A DNA stretch of 64,000 nucleotides from the NCBI GenBank assembly GCA_019310535.1, contig JAFDED010000004.1, forward strand, positions 27,699-91,698, read 5' to 3'. This document shows, in pieces, positions 48,459-58,447 of this stretch (the stretch's first letter is position 1; the number at the start of each line of letters is the position of its first letter). The position numbers were made by a program, and so were the translations under genes. The notes beneath the pieces are model-generated. The model did not search any database. It had not been told where the DNA came from and saw only the letters and a program-made list of their open reading frames with translations. This DNA is from Deltaproteobacteria bacterium (GTDB taxonomy: Bacteria > Desulfobacterota > JAFDED01).

Positions 48459-48943
48459 TGCAGCATACCATTTCGATCCTGGTGGAGGACAAGCCAGGGG
48501 TGCTCATGCGCATCTCAGGCCTGTTCGCCCGCAGGGGTTTCAACATCGAGAGCCTGACCGTAGGCAAAACAGCCCAACCGGGGAAAAGCAGGTTCACGAT
48601 TGTGGTCAATGGCGACGATCGAGTGCTGGAACAGGTTCGCAAGCAGCTTCAAAAACTTATTCACGTTCTTAAAGCAAGGAACCTGAAGCCTGGTGATGCT
48701 TTCCATCGTGAGTACGCCCTGCTCAAGGTGGCGGCATCAGAGGGCAAGATGGACCGCATCATTCAGGTTGTGGCGGGACTGCAGGGGAAAATCGTGGAAG
48801 CCTCCGATGGCATGTGCACCGTGGAGTTTACCGGAAACGAGCGAACTATTGACAGCGCGTTCAACCTGTTGAGACCTTTTGGGATACATGAATCTATCCG
48901 TACCGGCAAGATCGCTATGCTGAAAGGGAAGGCCACCCTGTAA
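48458..48943 (+). CDS. ilvN: Acetolactate synthase small (regulatory) subunit
   Basis: HTISILVEDKPGVLMRISGLFARRGFNIESL ACT domain. Confidence 0.95.
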   Translation: MQHTISILVEDKPGVLMRISGLFARRGFNIESLTVGKTAQPGKSRFTIVVNGDDRVLEQVRKQLQKLIHVLKARNLKPGDAFHREYALLKVAASEGKMDRIIQVVAGLQGKIVEASDGMCTVEFTGNERTIDSAFNLLRPFGIHESIRTGKIAMLKGKATL

Positions 48944-49065
48944 AGGGGTTCATACTGCTTCGGTGCGAAGCGGGGCTGCGCCCTTTAGCAGAGCGCATTC
49001 CTTATTTCCCGCCTGTTTCAATGGCTGGCCGACGTTTTCACAATACGTGGAAAGGAGACAGCTCC

Positions 49066-49536
49066 ATGTTTGAAGTGGACATAAGCGTTGTGGGGAAGGA
49101 ATTTCCGGCCCAAACTTTTGATGTGGAAAAAGGACGGATTTATGATTTTGTCAATGCCATCGAGGACCCCAACCCGATATATCGCGATGAGAACGCTGCT
49201 TTGGCTTCAGGGTATCCGAACATCATGGTGCCCCCAACCTATGCCATTGCCTTACGCGATGAAAGGGGAGATACTCAACGAGCGTTGGCTGATATGGGGT
49301 TCCCTATGGGACATAGTCTTCATGGTGAGCAGGAGTTCGAGTACTATCGATATCTCCGGCCTGGCCAAACATATACAACTCAATCCCGGATAGCCCATGC
49401 GGCGGACAAGGATGGGCGCAGTGGCCCCATTGTCCTCCTTACACTGATAACCGAGATCCTGGACTCCCATGGAACATTGTGTGTGCGCGCCCGGAAGGTC
49501 ATCGTGCTTCGCAACGCCCGACTCAGAAAGCCTTAG
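49066..49536 (+). CDS. MaoC-like hot-dog-fold protein (HadA-like partner)
   Basis: VEKGRI..F..AIED.NPIY, VPPTY, LHGEQEFEY; start ATG 49066 with AAGGAG. Confidence 0.85.
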   Translation: MFEVDISVVGKEFPAQTFDVEKGRIYDFVNAIEDPNPIYRDENAALASGYPNIMVPPTYAIALRDERGDTQRALADMGFPMGHSLHGEQEFEYYRYLRPGQTYTTQSRIAHAADKDGRSGPIVLLTLITEILDSHGTLCVRARKVIVLRNARLRKP

Positions 49537-49550
49537 AAGGTGGTACAACG

Positions 49551-49982
49551 ATGGCAGATGTATATATTGAGGACGTCCAAGTCGGCATGGCCCTGCCGCA
49601 AATCAATAAAGGGCCCCTCCAAAGAATCCAGCTTGTGCGTTACGCCGGTGCCTCCAGGGATTTCAACCCCATCCATGTGATCGAAGAATCCGCGCGAGAG
49701 GCAGGTCTTGGTGGTGTGATCGCACACGGAATGCTGACCATGGCTTTCGTAGGGCAGATGCTCACGGACTGGGCGGGAGTGGATCGGCTGCGAAAGTTCG
49801 GCGTCAGGTTCATCGCCATGGTGCGTCCGGATGACGTCATCTCGTGCAAGGGCACGGTGGTTGACAGGTTCGTTCATGATGGCGATCAATTGATTACGTG
49901 CGAGGTGTGGGCCGAAAACGCCAGGGGAGAGAGGGTGGCTCAAGGAGAGGCCGTTCTTTCTCTTCCCAGCAAACGCCCATGA
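49551..49982 (+). CDS. MaoC-family (R)-specific hydratase/dehydratase (HadB-like)
   Basis: YAGASRDFNPIH and IAHGML hydratase motif. Confidence 0.88.
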   Translation: MADVYIEDVQVGMALPQINKGPLQRIQLVRYAGASRDFNPIHVIEESAREAGLGGVIAHGMLTMAFVGQMLTDWAGVDRLRKFGVRFIAMVRPDDVISCKGTVVDRFVHDGDQLITCEVWAENARGERVAQGEAVLSLPSKRP

Positions 49983-50070
49983 GGTACTCACCGCCAGAGT
50001 CCCTGCCCAAGCAGCTCAAAATGATTATCCGTAGCCAACTCCAGAGATATGCATATGAGGAGATACACCG

Positions 50071-50940
50071 GTGATACGACTGATCTGGATAACCATACGA
50101 CCTAAACAGTGGATAAAAAACCTGTTTGTTTTCGCCCCGCTTTTCTTCGCCCGGAAACTCTTCGACCCGTCCAGCATACTACAGACCATCGCTGCTTTCG
50201 GTGTGTTCTGTATAATGAGCTCGGCTGTGTATATTATCAATGACTTGATGGATGCCAAAGAGGACCGTGAACATCCGTTAAAGCGATTGCGCCCGATTCC
50301 TTCAGGCGCGCTTCCCGTAAATTTCGCCTGGACCGCCAGCGTGGTTTTGGCCGTGCTGGCAACGGCAGCGGCATGGGCATTGGGAAAAGGGTTTTTTTGG
50401 TCTTGTGCCTTTTACGGTGGGCTGAACCTCGCGTATTCATTACGCTTGAAGCATGTGGTCCTCATCGATGTTTTTATTATAGCCGCTGGATTTGTCCTCA
50501 GGGTCCTTGCAGGGGCACTGGTGATCAAGGTGGAGATATCATCGTGGCTGGTGATCTGTACCATTCTCCTGTCCCTTTTTCTGGCGCTGTGCAAGCGCCG
50601 CCACGAATTGGTCATCCTGGAGAATAATGCCGGTCATCACCGGCAGATCCTGCGTGAGTATACTCCTTATTTTCTGGATCAACTCATCTCCGTTGTCACT
50701 GCTTCGACCGTTGTGGCTTACTCCCTGTATACCGTGTCAGAGGATGTGACCACAAAATTTGGCACGCAGAATTTGCGGCTCACCATCCCGTTCGTTTTAT
50801 ATGGCATCTTCCGTTATTTATACTTGGTCCATAGAAAGGATGAGGGAGGCAGTCCCACACAGGTGTTACTCACTGATCTGCCTCTGATCATAAACGTGGT
50901 ACTGTGGGGCATCAGCATTCTCTTCATTCTCTATTTTTAA
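50071..50940 (+). CDS. UbiA-family polyprenyl-phosphate phosphoribosyltransferase-like protein
   Basis: RPKQWIKN, YIINDLMD..EDREHP.K..RPI, KRRHEL, YGIFRY. Confidence 0.88.
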   Translation: MIRLIWITIRPKQWIKNLFVFAPLFFARKLFDPSSILQTIAAFGVFCIMSSAVYIINDLMDAKEDREHPLKRLRPIPSGALPVNFAWTASVVLAVLATAAAWALGKGFFWSCAFYGGLNLAYSLRLKHVVLIDVFIIAAGFVLRVLAGALVIKVEISSWLVICTILLSLFLALCKRRHELVILENNAGHHRQILREYTPYFLDQLISVVTASTVVAYSLYTVSEDVTTKFGTQNLRLTIPFVLYGIFRYLYLVHRKDEGGSPTQVLLTDLPLIINVVLWGISILFILYF

Positions 50941-50970
50941 CCGGCCCCACTATGGAAGCCCCATGCATGT

Positions 50971-52080
50971 GTGGAAGAGAAGTCCAATTCGTGCCGGCCG
51001 CTTCATTTTCCCCATGACAAGATCATGATTTCGGGTCGCATGCTGGTGATTCGACGAGGAGGCCTGGGGGATTTCATCCTGGCATTACCCGTCCTGGAGG
51101 CGCTTCACAAGAGGTTTGAAGGACTTCACCTGGAGGTGATGTGTGCATCTTCCATGATCCCGCTGGTCATGGGGACAGGCCATATTTGCGGGGCAAAATC
51201 AGCGGAGACCCCGGGACTCTCAACGTTCTATGGTGATGGAGCCTGTCCGGATCCTCGTTTTTCCGAATATTTTCGCACATTCAACCGCATAATTTTATTG
51301 GGAGTCGATCCCGAAGGCCGATTCTCAGCAAACGTAAGGCTGGCCGGAGCCGGAGAGGTAGCGGTCATTCCGCCTTTTCCGCCCAGGGGACTGAGTGTGC
51401 ACGTATCGGACTATCTGGTCCGGTCAACCACAGGATTTCTTCGAGCCGATCCTCCCCGGGTAGAGATTTTTGACGAGGAGCTTCGATCCGCAAGAGAGTT
51501 CATACTCGCCGGGATGGGGAGAAGCGTATCAATGGCGCGGGGGGGATTCCCCTCACTTGCAGCGATTCACCCGGGCAGCGGAGGAGCCGGCAAAATCTGG
51601 CCTCCCGCGTACATGGCCCGGGTGGTGCACGGGCTGACCCAGGAGGGGCACATAAACGGAATCCTTCTTATCCAGGGTCCGGCAGATGATGAATATGCAA
51701 AAGTGCTACACGAGGAATTGGATGGTAGCCTGGTAATTCCGGTGTCAAATCGGCCCCTGTTGGAATTGTCAGCCATCCTGCGGAGTGCGCGGTTGTTCCT
51801 TGGCTCTGATTCCGGTGTGGCCCATCTGGCCGCAGCAGTGGGAGTTCCCACCGGCGTCATATTCGGCCCCACAGATCCCCGGCTATGGGCGCCGCGCGGA
51901 CCTTGTGTCGCTGTTATTCGCAAGGAGATGCCCTGCGCGCCATGTGGGTATGAAGGTATGCGCATCTGTATGCAGCGAGACTGTTTGGGAGATGTATTGG
52001 TTGAAGATGTTCTCAATACGGCACGCTCTCTACTTCAGAAACAATCAAACAGTTTCTGCCAAAGGAAACGATGGCATTGA
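50971..52080 (+). CDS. Glycosyltransferase family 9 (heptosyltransferase-like)
   Basis: GGLGD, IHPGSG..KIWP, GSDSGVAHLAAA, FGPT; true start may be slightly downstream. Confidence 0.88.
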   Translation: MEEKSNSCRPLHFPHDKIMISGRMLVIRRGGLGDFILALPVLEALHKRFEGLHLEVMCASSMIPLVMGTGHICGAKSAETPGLSTFYGDGACPDPRFSEYFRTFNRIILLGVDPEGRFSANVRLAGAGEVAVIPPFPPRGLSVHVSDYLVRSTTGFLRADPPRVEIFDEELRSAREFILAGMGRSVSMARGGFPSLAAIHPGSGGAGKIWPPAYMARVVHGLTQEGHINGILLIQGPADDEYAKVLHEELDGSLVIPVSNRPLLELSAILRSARLFLGSDSGVAHLAAAVGVPTGVIFGPTDPRLWAPRGPCVAVIRKEMPCAPCGYEGMRICMQRDCLGDVLVEDVLNTARSLLQKQSNSFCQRKRWH

Positions 52081-52154
52081 GGTTTTCATCCATACAAACG
52101 GTTGATCCGGCCAGATGATGAGCAATAGGGATACAGGCAGTATTTCCCCTGAAC

Positions 52155-52379
52155 TCAAATTCCGGGCTTGAGAGTTCGCGAGAGCAGGTTAATCCTTTTC
52201 CGAATAAGCGGAATTTCTTGTGTTCGTGTCCTCTGCGGCCCCTTTACAGGCTTTAATGCGGACATCTTCTCTCTCAGGTCATTGAACCGCTTCAGTTCTA
52301 CGGTGATTTTCTCAATCGCACCGTACATGATGAAAAACGAATCCAATACGTGGAGTGCATGTTTTAGAGTCTTCTCCAT
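52155..52379 (-). CDS. Small hypothetical protein (74 aa)
   Basis: GGGAGG RBS 5' of the ATG; directly downstream of the GGDEF gene on the same strand. Confidence 0.45.
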   Translation of the reverse strand: MEKTLKHALHVLDSFFIMYGAIEKITVELKRFNDLREKMSALKPVKGPQRTRTQEIPLIRKRINLLSRTLKPGI

Positions 52380-52416
52380 ATCTGACCCCCTCCCATCCCC
52401 AGGATGTATGGAAGGC

Positions 52417-53601
52417 TTACTCGATTTTTAATTTTTCTTTAACATATTCAATGATGAAGTTTTGTCCTTCCCCTTCGAATTGCAGGAAACTCAGTCCCAC
52501 TAAATACGGGCCATCAGGCACAACTCCATTTTCAACGCGGACAACCTCGCCAAAGAAACTCACTGTATGATCCGATTCAGGAACTCGGACCTGGACTTCG
52601 ACAATGGCATGAAGTGGGATTTGCTGCTGTACTGCGAACAACAGGCCGCCCATACTGAGATTTCGTGTATCGGCACTATCCACTGTGTTGAAGGTGGGCT
52701 CGACCACCTGGTAGCGAATGGGACAGATGAAATCGATTCGAACAAACTGACGACGATCGGGCGTGCAAAAGCAGATGGTGTTTCTTCCTTCGCTTTTTGC
52801 CTGATATAGCGAGCGGTCCGCGTTGAGAAGAAGCTGGTTTTCATCATGTCCGTCTTGCGGAAAAGTGGCAATGCCTCCTGATAGGGTCAGATGGCTTTTC
52901 AAATGGCAACCGGGATTATTGGGGTCGAGGCATGCGATGAGTTTCCTGAACCTTTCCCCTATGACCAGAGCGCCGCTGCGTGATGTACGCGGCAATACTA
53001 CAAGAAACTCCTCCCCTCCATATCGAATCGCTAAATCCTCAACGCGAAGTGTATCCTTTAACCGGTTGGCAATAAAGCGCAGAGCCTCATCTCCTGCTAT
53101 ATGCCCGAATGTATCGTTATATGTCTTAAAGAAATCCAGATCAAAGAGGATGATGGAAAATGGGGATTTGAGGCGATTAGCCAGAGAAATTTCGCGCAGA
53201 ATTACTTGATCAAGAAAGCGGCGGTTATACAGGCCTGTGAGAGGGTCAATGTACGTCAATCGTTCGATGGCTTCGAACAACTCGATCTCAATGATCTTGG
53301 GATTCTCAATCTTGCGGTTGATCGTGAAAAAATAATCGATGAGGGCCACCCGAAAGCTTACCGGCCTGTTCAATTTCCGGCTCATATCAGCCATGTGATC
53401 CGTTATCCGGTTCCAGTGCTCATGGGCCTCCTTTTCCGGGAAATCGAGGTGGGTCAATACGTGCAGGAGTGCCCGGTAAAACAATCCCCCCCTTCGTTGC
53501 GCAAGGTCATAAGTCCGGGAGAGAAAATGCCCTTCATCCCGGCCATCTTCCAAGAGAGTGCGCACGATATTATTAATCAAATCCTGGACATCCGAAGCCA
53601 T
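52417..53601 (-). CDS. Diguanylate cyclase with C-terminal PilZ domain
   Basis: DPLTGLYNRR, DLDFFK.YND.FGH..GD, RVED I-site, RYGGEEF; PilZ RRQFVR and NLSMGG. Confidence 0.92.
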   Translation of the reverse strand: MASDVQDLINNIVRTLLEDGRDEGHFLSRTYDLAQRRGGLFYRALLHVLTHLDFPEKEAHEHWNRITDHMADMSRKLNRPVSFRVALIDYFFTINRKIENPKIIEIELFEAIERLTYIDPLTGLYNRRFLDQVILREISLANRLKSPFSIILFDLDFFKTYNDTFGHIAGDEALRFIANRLKDTLRVEDLAIRYGGEEFLVVLPRTSRSGALVIGERFRKLIACLDPNNPGCHLKSHLTLSGGIATFPQDGHDENQLLLNADRSLYQAKSEGRNTICFCTPDRRQFVRIDFICPIRYQVVEPTFNTVDSADTRNLSMGGLLFAVQQQIPLHAIVEVQVRVPESDHTVSFFGEVVRVENGVVPDGPYLVGLSFLQFEGEGQNFIIEYVKEKLKIE

Positions 53602-54187
53602 GATCGCTCATCTCCGGGCTGTTTTCGGAATCAGTCCCCAGGATACCGTCTCCCCTTTGCCGGAAAACCACTTTTTTTATTGTCTATCGAGCGGTTGAAT
53701 CGGTTGGCAAAAAAATATATTGCACCGTTCCCTTCCAGATGGATGCCATGTTATTTCCTGTCATCAATACACGCAAGGAAAATATATAGTTGGTCAGCCC
53801 CCCAGTACAAGCATTGTGGAGACGGAACGCATTTATTTTAAATATCAGGATGTCGGTGATTATTTAAATATTATCTATCAGTATTTGAAATTCATTTCAA
53901 CTGTTTTTCTTTTGTAATCCCATCTCACCCCTGGAGAGTGTATCCCATTCTCTGTTGGAAGTTGAAAACCATGTAGTGGATCATACTCCCGATAGGATAG
54001 CGTCGAGAATTTTATGTAAATTCTTTTTGGGTCTATGGTGAGAAAGTAAAGCGTCACGCAGGGCAGCGATTTTTCGGCTGTCCCGTGGTTCCCGGCGTGG
54101 TCCGGAATCTAAGGCCGGGCTTCAAAAGGACGTTCATGCAATGCTACAGCCGGCGGGCAAAGTGCGGTAAAATGGCTCACCCCGGGT

Positions 54188-54811
54188 TCAATCGGCGTTG
54201 CCTGCCATTTTTCGCAATATTTTTGCGGCCCTCAGCGGGTTGAAGATTCCGCACAGACAGGGCTTTGCCAGTTCGCGGCCGGCATCCTCATACGAGATAT
54301 TGCCTTTCTTGATTTGCCGGATCAAGTGGTCCACATGATTCTTCGCCACCATGGCGTGGCCGCACATGGTGAGGATCTCAAGGTATGGCTCTGGAGGAAG
54401 GAGGTCGGTATTCCCGTGGACCCCCAGGCTGTACTCGGTGAGGTGCCACCGGATGCCCGCCTCTTTGCAGCATTCGTGCACTACATCGAAGCATCCGGAC
54501 ACGACGACGGAGATGCCCGCGTCGGCTTCTTTAAGCTCCTTCAGGCAGGAGGTAAGCGACTCTTTGTCCTTGAAGACGGTATGAGTGCCCACCTTAAGAT
54601 GAGCGAGTATGTTATCGATGCTGGTAGTGTACTTGTTGCCTACAACCCCGTCTCCAAAGTTCAGGTCCGAATGCTTCATCATAATCTCGGAGATCTTTCG
54701 CAATCTTTCGTTAGCATTTTCATCATTGTGTCCTTTAGCCACATGAGCCAGGATGGGAAAGTCCTCCAGGAGGCTTTCGCGATCTCCTCTGCGGTGCAGT
54801 GTGTGTGTCAT
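54188..54811 (-). CDS. Hypothetical Cys/His-containing protein
   Basis: MTHTLHRRG, SVVVSG, TMCGHAMV, PCLCGIFNP; overlaps the upstream Fe-S gene by 4 nt. Confidence 0.8.
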   Translation of the reverse strand: MTHTLHRRGDRESLLEDFPILAHVAKGHNDENANERLRKISEIMMKHSDLNFGDGVVGNKYTTSIDNILAHLKVGTHTVFKDKESLTSCLKELKEADAGISVVVSGCFDVVHECCKEAGIRWHLTEYSLGVHGNTDLLPPEPYLEILTMCGHAMVAKNHVDHLIRQIKKGNISYEDAGRELAKPCLCGIFNPLRAAKILRKMAGNAD

Positions 54812-55566
54812 CGTTCCTCCTGCTTGTTAGTATGACGGCCAAGCCCCAGGTTTGTTTTGCCGTTGATACGAACTTCGAGGCCCTCTCGGGCGATAATGGG
54901 GAGCACGGGGATGATGCCGTCGGCCTCGGGAGGACAAATTACATCCAGGGAGAATACGCTCTCCAGGTTTTTCCCCACCTCGCGGATAGCCTCAAGGGCT
55001 TTGCGGAATTTCTCCAGCGGCACTTCAGCCTCGATGATGGCCGAGAGCACCTTCTCATTCAGTACGTCGGGCTTTAGCTTGCCCGTGCGCGTATCTTCCA
55101 TGAGGACGGCAGTAACGGGGTTCTTGGGCTCGAAACGGGCACCGATCCCGGCCAATGCCATTGCCATTTTCTCCAGATCGCGCAAACGGGCGCCAACGCC
55201 CGGGCGTCCCATCTCGGTGGCAATGCCCACCATGCCCCGCTTATAGCGACTGGTGACCTCATTGGTTTTCATCTCCTCGGTGCCCCGTCCGGGTACGCCG
55301 GTTTCAGCAAACGTGATACTCGGATCTGAAAAAGCTGCTCGTATCGTTCTGGGCCATTGCATCTCCGGCTGATACAGCGCACCGGATTTGCACACATCAG
55401 CCCGCACACAGCAGCGGCACTCCACGCACCCCTCCTCGTCGATGACGACATAGTATTTTCCTTTGCCCGGCATATCCGGAGACCTGGGTTTTGTATGAAT
55501 GACGTCCACCGGACAATAAATACGGCATAGCTCACAGCCGATGCACTTTTCGGGGTCGCTTCGCAT
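54808..55566 (-). CDS. 4Fe-4S dicluster protein with uncharacterised C-terminal domain
   Basis: CIGCELCRIYCP, CVECRCC...C, GRGTEEMKTN, EMGRPGVG; GAGGAG RBS. Confidence 0.85.
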   Translation of the reverse strand: MRSDPEKCIGCELCRIYCPVDVIHTKPRSPDMPGKGKYYVVIDEEGCVECRCCVRADVCKSGALYQPEMQWPRTIRAAFSDPSITFAETGVPGRGTEEMKTNEVTSRYKRGMVGIATEMGRPGVGARLRDLEKMAMALAGIGARFEPKNPVTAVLMEDTRTGKLKPDVLNEKVLSAIIEAEVPLEKFRKALEAIREVGKNLESVFSLDVICPPEADGIIPVLPIIAREGLEVRINGKTNLGLGRHTNKQEER

Positions 55567-55835
55567 GGCGCAGCTCCTCTCTTATTCCCGCGAAATGATT
55601 ATTGGACTCTAAATCCAGGAAAAACCTCTGCACTCATTCTCTGTCAAATGAACGATAACCCAATAGATTGATTATTTTCGATTGATTCAAACAGCAAGAG
55701 GACGAATGGTAAAAGAGCATTTTATCTCTAACACCTTCGGAACTATTTTGCTGGATGAACCATTCTGAAAATTTTCACCCGAAAATTATGTTTTCGTGCC
55801 TTTTGACAGGAAGCCAGCAGAAAAAGACATGAGTA

Positions 55836-57914
55836 TCAGGGAAGGGCTTTGCCTGGTCCATTGCCGGCTGACGCCCCCCCGACAAGATGCCGGAATCGCT
55901 CGTCTGTGTGTAACGAACGGAGGTCGGGATCATGTAACACCCTATCAATGGGACCGTAGCCTTTCGCCAGGGCTTCTTTGAGCCAGGTAACAGCCTCGTC
56001 CCGATTCCCCTTAAGGGCGAACAGGCAGGCTAGGTTGTAAGGGGCCAGGGCGCCGGAGGGATCTAATGCAATGGCCCGTTTCAGCTCCTTGATTCCTTGG
56101 TCAAGCTGGCCCCTCTGTCCCATGGCGACGCCAAGGAGGTTGTGGGCCATGGCGTTGCCGGGCGCCAGAGCCACGGCGCGCCCCAGGGCATCCAGCGCTT
56201 CATCGCTGCGTCCCTGGCGCAGGAGGGACATGCCCAGTTGCAGATGTGCGTCCGCCGCCCGCGGGGTCAAGGCGATAGTTGTGCGGAAAGCCTCCTCGGC
56301 CTCTGCAACTTCTCCCATGGCAAGCAAAGAAAGGCCCAGATTGTACCGGGCGTCCGCATAGTCCGGGTTTTCCCGCAGGGCCAGTTGGAACTGCTCCACC
56401 GCGCGCCGGTGCTCTTCTCGCAGGGCGAAGTCAACTCCGCGGCCGTAATATGCTTGCGCCAACCCCTGTGAAGACATGCGGTAAGGATCCATATGGGTCA
56501 GGATCACAAGCACCAGGATAACGCTTGCACTTATGGCGGCATGCCTGTAATGACGAAGTACCAGCAGTCTTCGTAGCCTGCAGAGGGCATGGGCCGCAAA
56601 AATCAGGAGAAACGGGATGAGGGGAACCCGATAGCGCGATGTTACGAAAAACAGCACGATGCTTGCCCCATAGGAGAGAACGAACAGGGCCATCAGCACG
56701 GCCGAGCGGCGGGAATGTGTGGAAGTTGTCCGGTCCGGTAAACAGATACTCAGCACCATGCCCACCAGGGCCAGGGCCAAGACAATTCCGAAATCCAGGG
56801 GAAGCCAGCGCAGTATGCGTGAACCGCTGCGCTGAAAATTCAGGTCCTTGTTGTTGGGGATTTCGAAGTTCCCGGCAAGCAGGACAATCTTCTTCATGAT
56901 GAGGCGCATGTAATCGCCCGGGTGTTCCCGGATGAATGCCAGGCCCCGCCCCAGCCAGTAATCGGAAACTTCTGAGGGTTTGAGCGTTCTTCCCAGGGCT
57001 TCTTCCGCCATGCGTATGGAATCTTCGTATCCACCCCACCATGTGGCGCGAGTTCCAGGAACCACCGCTGTTACGCCGTCTGCGCGGGGGTTGTTGCCGA
57101 TAAAGAAGTTTACGCCGGCCTGCGAAGCGATGAGAACCAGGTCATTTCCCACTACCGCGTTGCGGACTGTGACGGGAAGGATGAAAAGAATTATGCCCAT
57201 CACTATGGGGACAAGGGTGCGGGCCGATTCCCGCAGGCCCCTTCGGACGTTTCCAAAAATCGTCCATAGCAGGACCAGCGGAAAGAAGATAAGGATGTTC
57301 GGCCTTGTAATGGCCGAGGCGCCAAGGACGAGGCCGGCGGCCAGCCACCAGCCCCTTTGTTTTTTCCTGTCCGCCGCCACCAGCAGTACCATGGCCAGCA
57401 CATCCAGAAAGACTTCCATTACAGGAAGCAGGAGTTCGCCATCGAAGTAAATGAAAACCCAGTACGTGGCGGCCATGAGGCCGGCTGCGGCCCCCTCAAA
57501 TCGGCCGAATACGCGGCGTCCCAGCCAGTAAATCAGCAAACAGCTCAAGGAGCCCAGCAGGGCCTGCGCAACCCGTACTGCCATAAAATCAGGGCCTGCT
57601 ATGCGATACAGGGATGCCAGAAAGAAGACATACAAAGGTGCGCGGAAATACGGCTGACTCCGGAGAGGAGCGATTTTTTCGTCCCATTGCCCGGTGGAAA
57701 TCCCCTTAGCCCACTGGTGGTGGTACAGGGCGTCCATGGAAGGGGCGTTAAAGTCGGGCTCGTGGCGTATCTCCCAAACATAGGCGAGCCGAAGCAGAAA
57801 AGCCAGGATGAGGATTCCCATGGGAATGAGTAGAAGCAGCAAAGTATGCTTTTGCTTCATCCCTGACCTGGAAATGCCAGATGAGCGCGAAGATTGGTAA
57901 CTGTCATCTTCCAT
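55836..57914 (-). CDS. GT-C (PMT/ArnT-like, GT39-type) membrane glycosyltransferase with C-terminal TPRs
   Basis: DALYHHQWA, FRAPLY, TRPN, GNNP, RYRVP, many TM helices, TPR repeats; start may be ATG 57860. Confidence 0.85.
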   Translation of the reverse strand: MEDDSYQSSRSSGISRSGMKQKHTLLLLLIPMGILILAFLLRLAYVWEIRHEPDFNAPSMDALYHHQWAKGISTGQWDEKIAPLRSQPYFRAPLYVFFLASLYRIAGPDFMAVRVAQALLGSLSCLLIYWLGRRVFGRFEGAAAGLMAATYWVFIYFDGELLLPVMEVFLDVLAMVLLVAADRKKQRGWWLAAGLVLGASAITRPNILIFFPLVLLWTIFGNVRRGLRESARTLVPIVMGIILFILPVTVRNAVVGNDLVLIASQAGVNFFIGNNPRADGVTAVVPGTRATWWGGYEDSIRMAEEALGRTLKPSEVSDYWLGRGLAFIREHPGDYMRLIMKKIVLLAGNFEIPNNKDLNFQRSGSRILRWLPLDFGIVLALALVGMVLSICLPDRTTSTHSRRSAVLMALFVLSYGASIVLFFVTSRYRVPLIPFLLIFAAHALCRLRRLLVLRHYRHAAISASVILVLVILTHMDPYRMSSQGLAQAYYGRGVDFALREEHRRAVEQFQLALRENPDYADARYNLGLSLLAMGEVAEAEEAFRTTIALTPRAADAHLQLGMSLLRQGRSDEALDALGRAVALAPGNAMAHNLLGVAMGQRGQLDQGIKELKRAIALDPSGALAPYNLACLFALKGNRDEAVTWLKEALAKGYGPIDRVLHDPDLRSLHTDERFRHLVGGASAGNGPGKALP

Positions 57915-58447
57915 GGCGCTTGTTCCGAACCTGGAAAAGAGATGGTGATAAAAATAACCTGTTTTTTCTCCATTCCAACTACCATCAGGCTAACGCAGGC
58001 GTGCCAACACGTCAAGGCAAAAGACAGAATATCTTCCCGCTGCCCTCAAGGGGAGAGGGAAAAGTCGTTTCAATGGCAGGAGGCTCAGACAATTTATTGT
58101 CTGAACGGCACAATATCAAGAGGTCATGTTGGTCGGAGGAACGCGGCGCGTCGTGCCTTTGCAATCCTCCTGTCTCCCGAGGCATGTATCGGCAAGTGAA
58201 CGCCCGCCAGTTCATCATACGGACAGCCCGTCCCATAAATAAATGCTAAATTATATTGACAATACTATGATAATCCTTAACAATAATTTTTGTCCGCTGG
58301 TGTTCGGCGACAAGTCATTCAGGCCATCCGCAGAATTCGGTATCAGGCAGGGTCACGGCCCCTTGCGCCATTAAACTGTTTTCAAGCTCATAAAGTCCCG
58401 GTGCGGCCTTCAATGAATTTCCAGCTTCAGCAAAGGAGAAGCAAGAC

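Noticed and set aside
54050-54100. GTCACGCAGGGCA resembling the start of a c-di-GMP-I riboswitch, near the GGDEF gene
   Set aside because: Lacks the GNRA tetraloop and GACGCAAA-type receptor stem; it folds as a simple local hairpin and points away from the cyclase gene.
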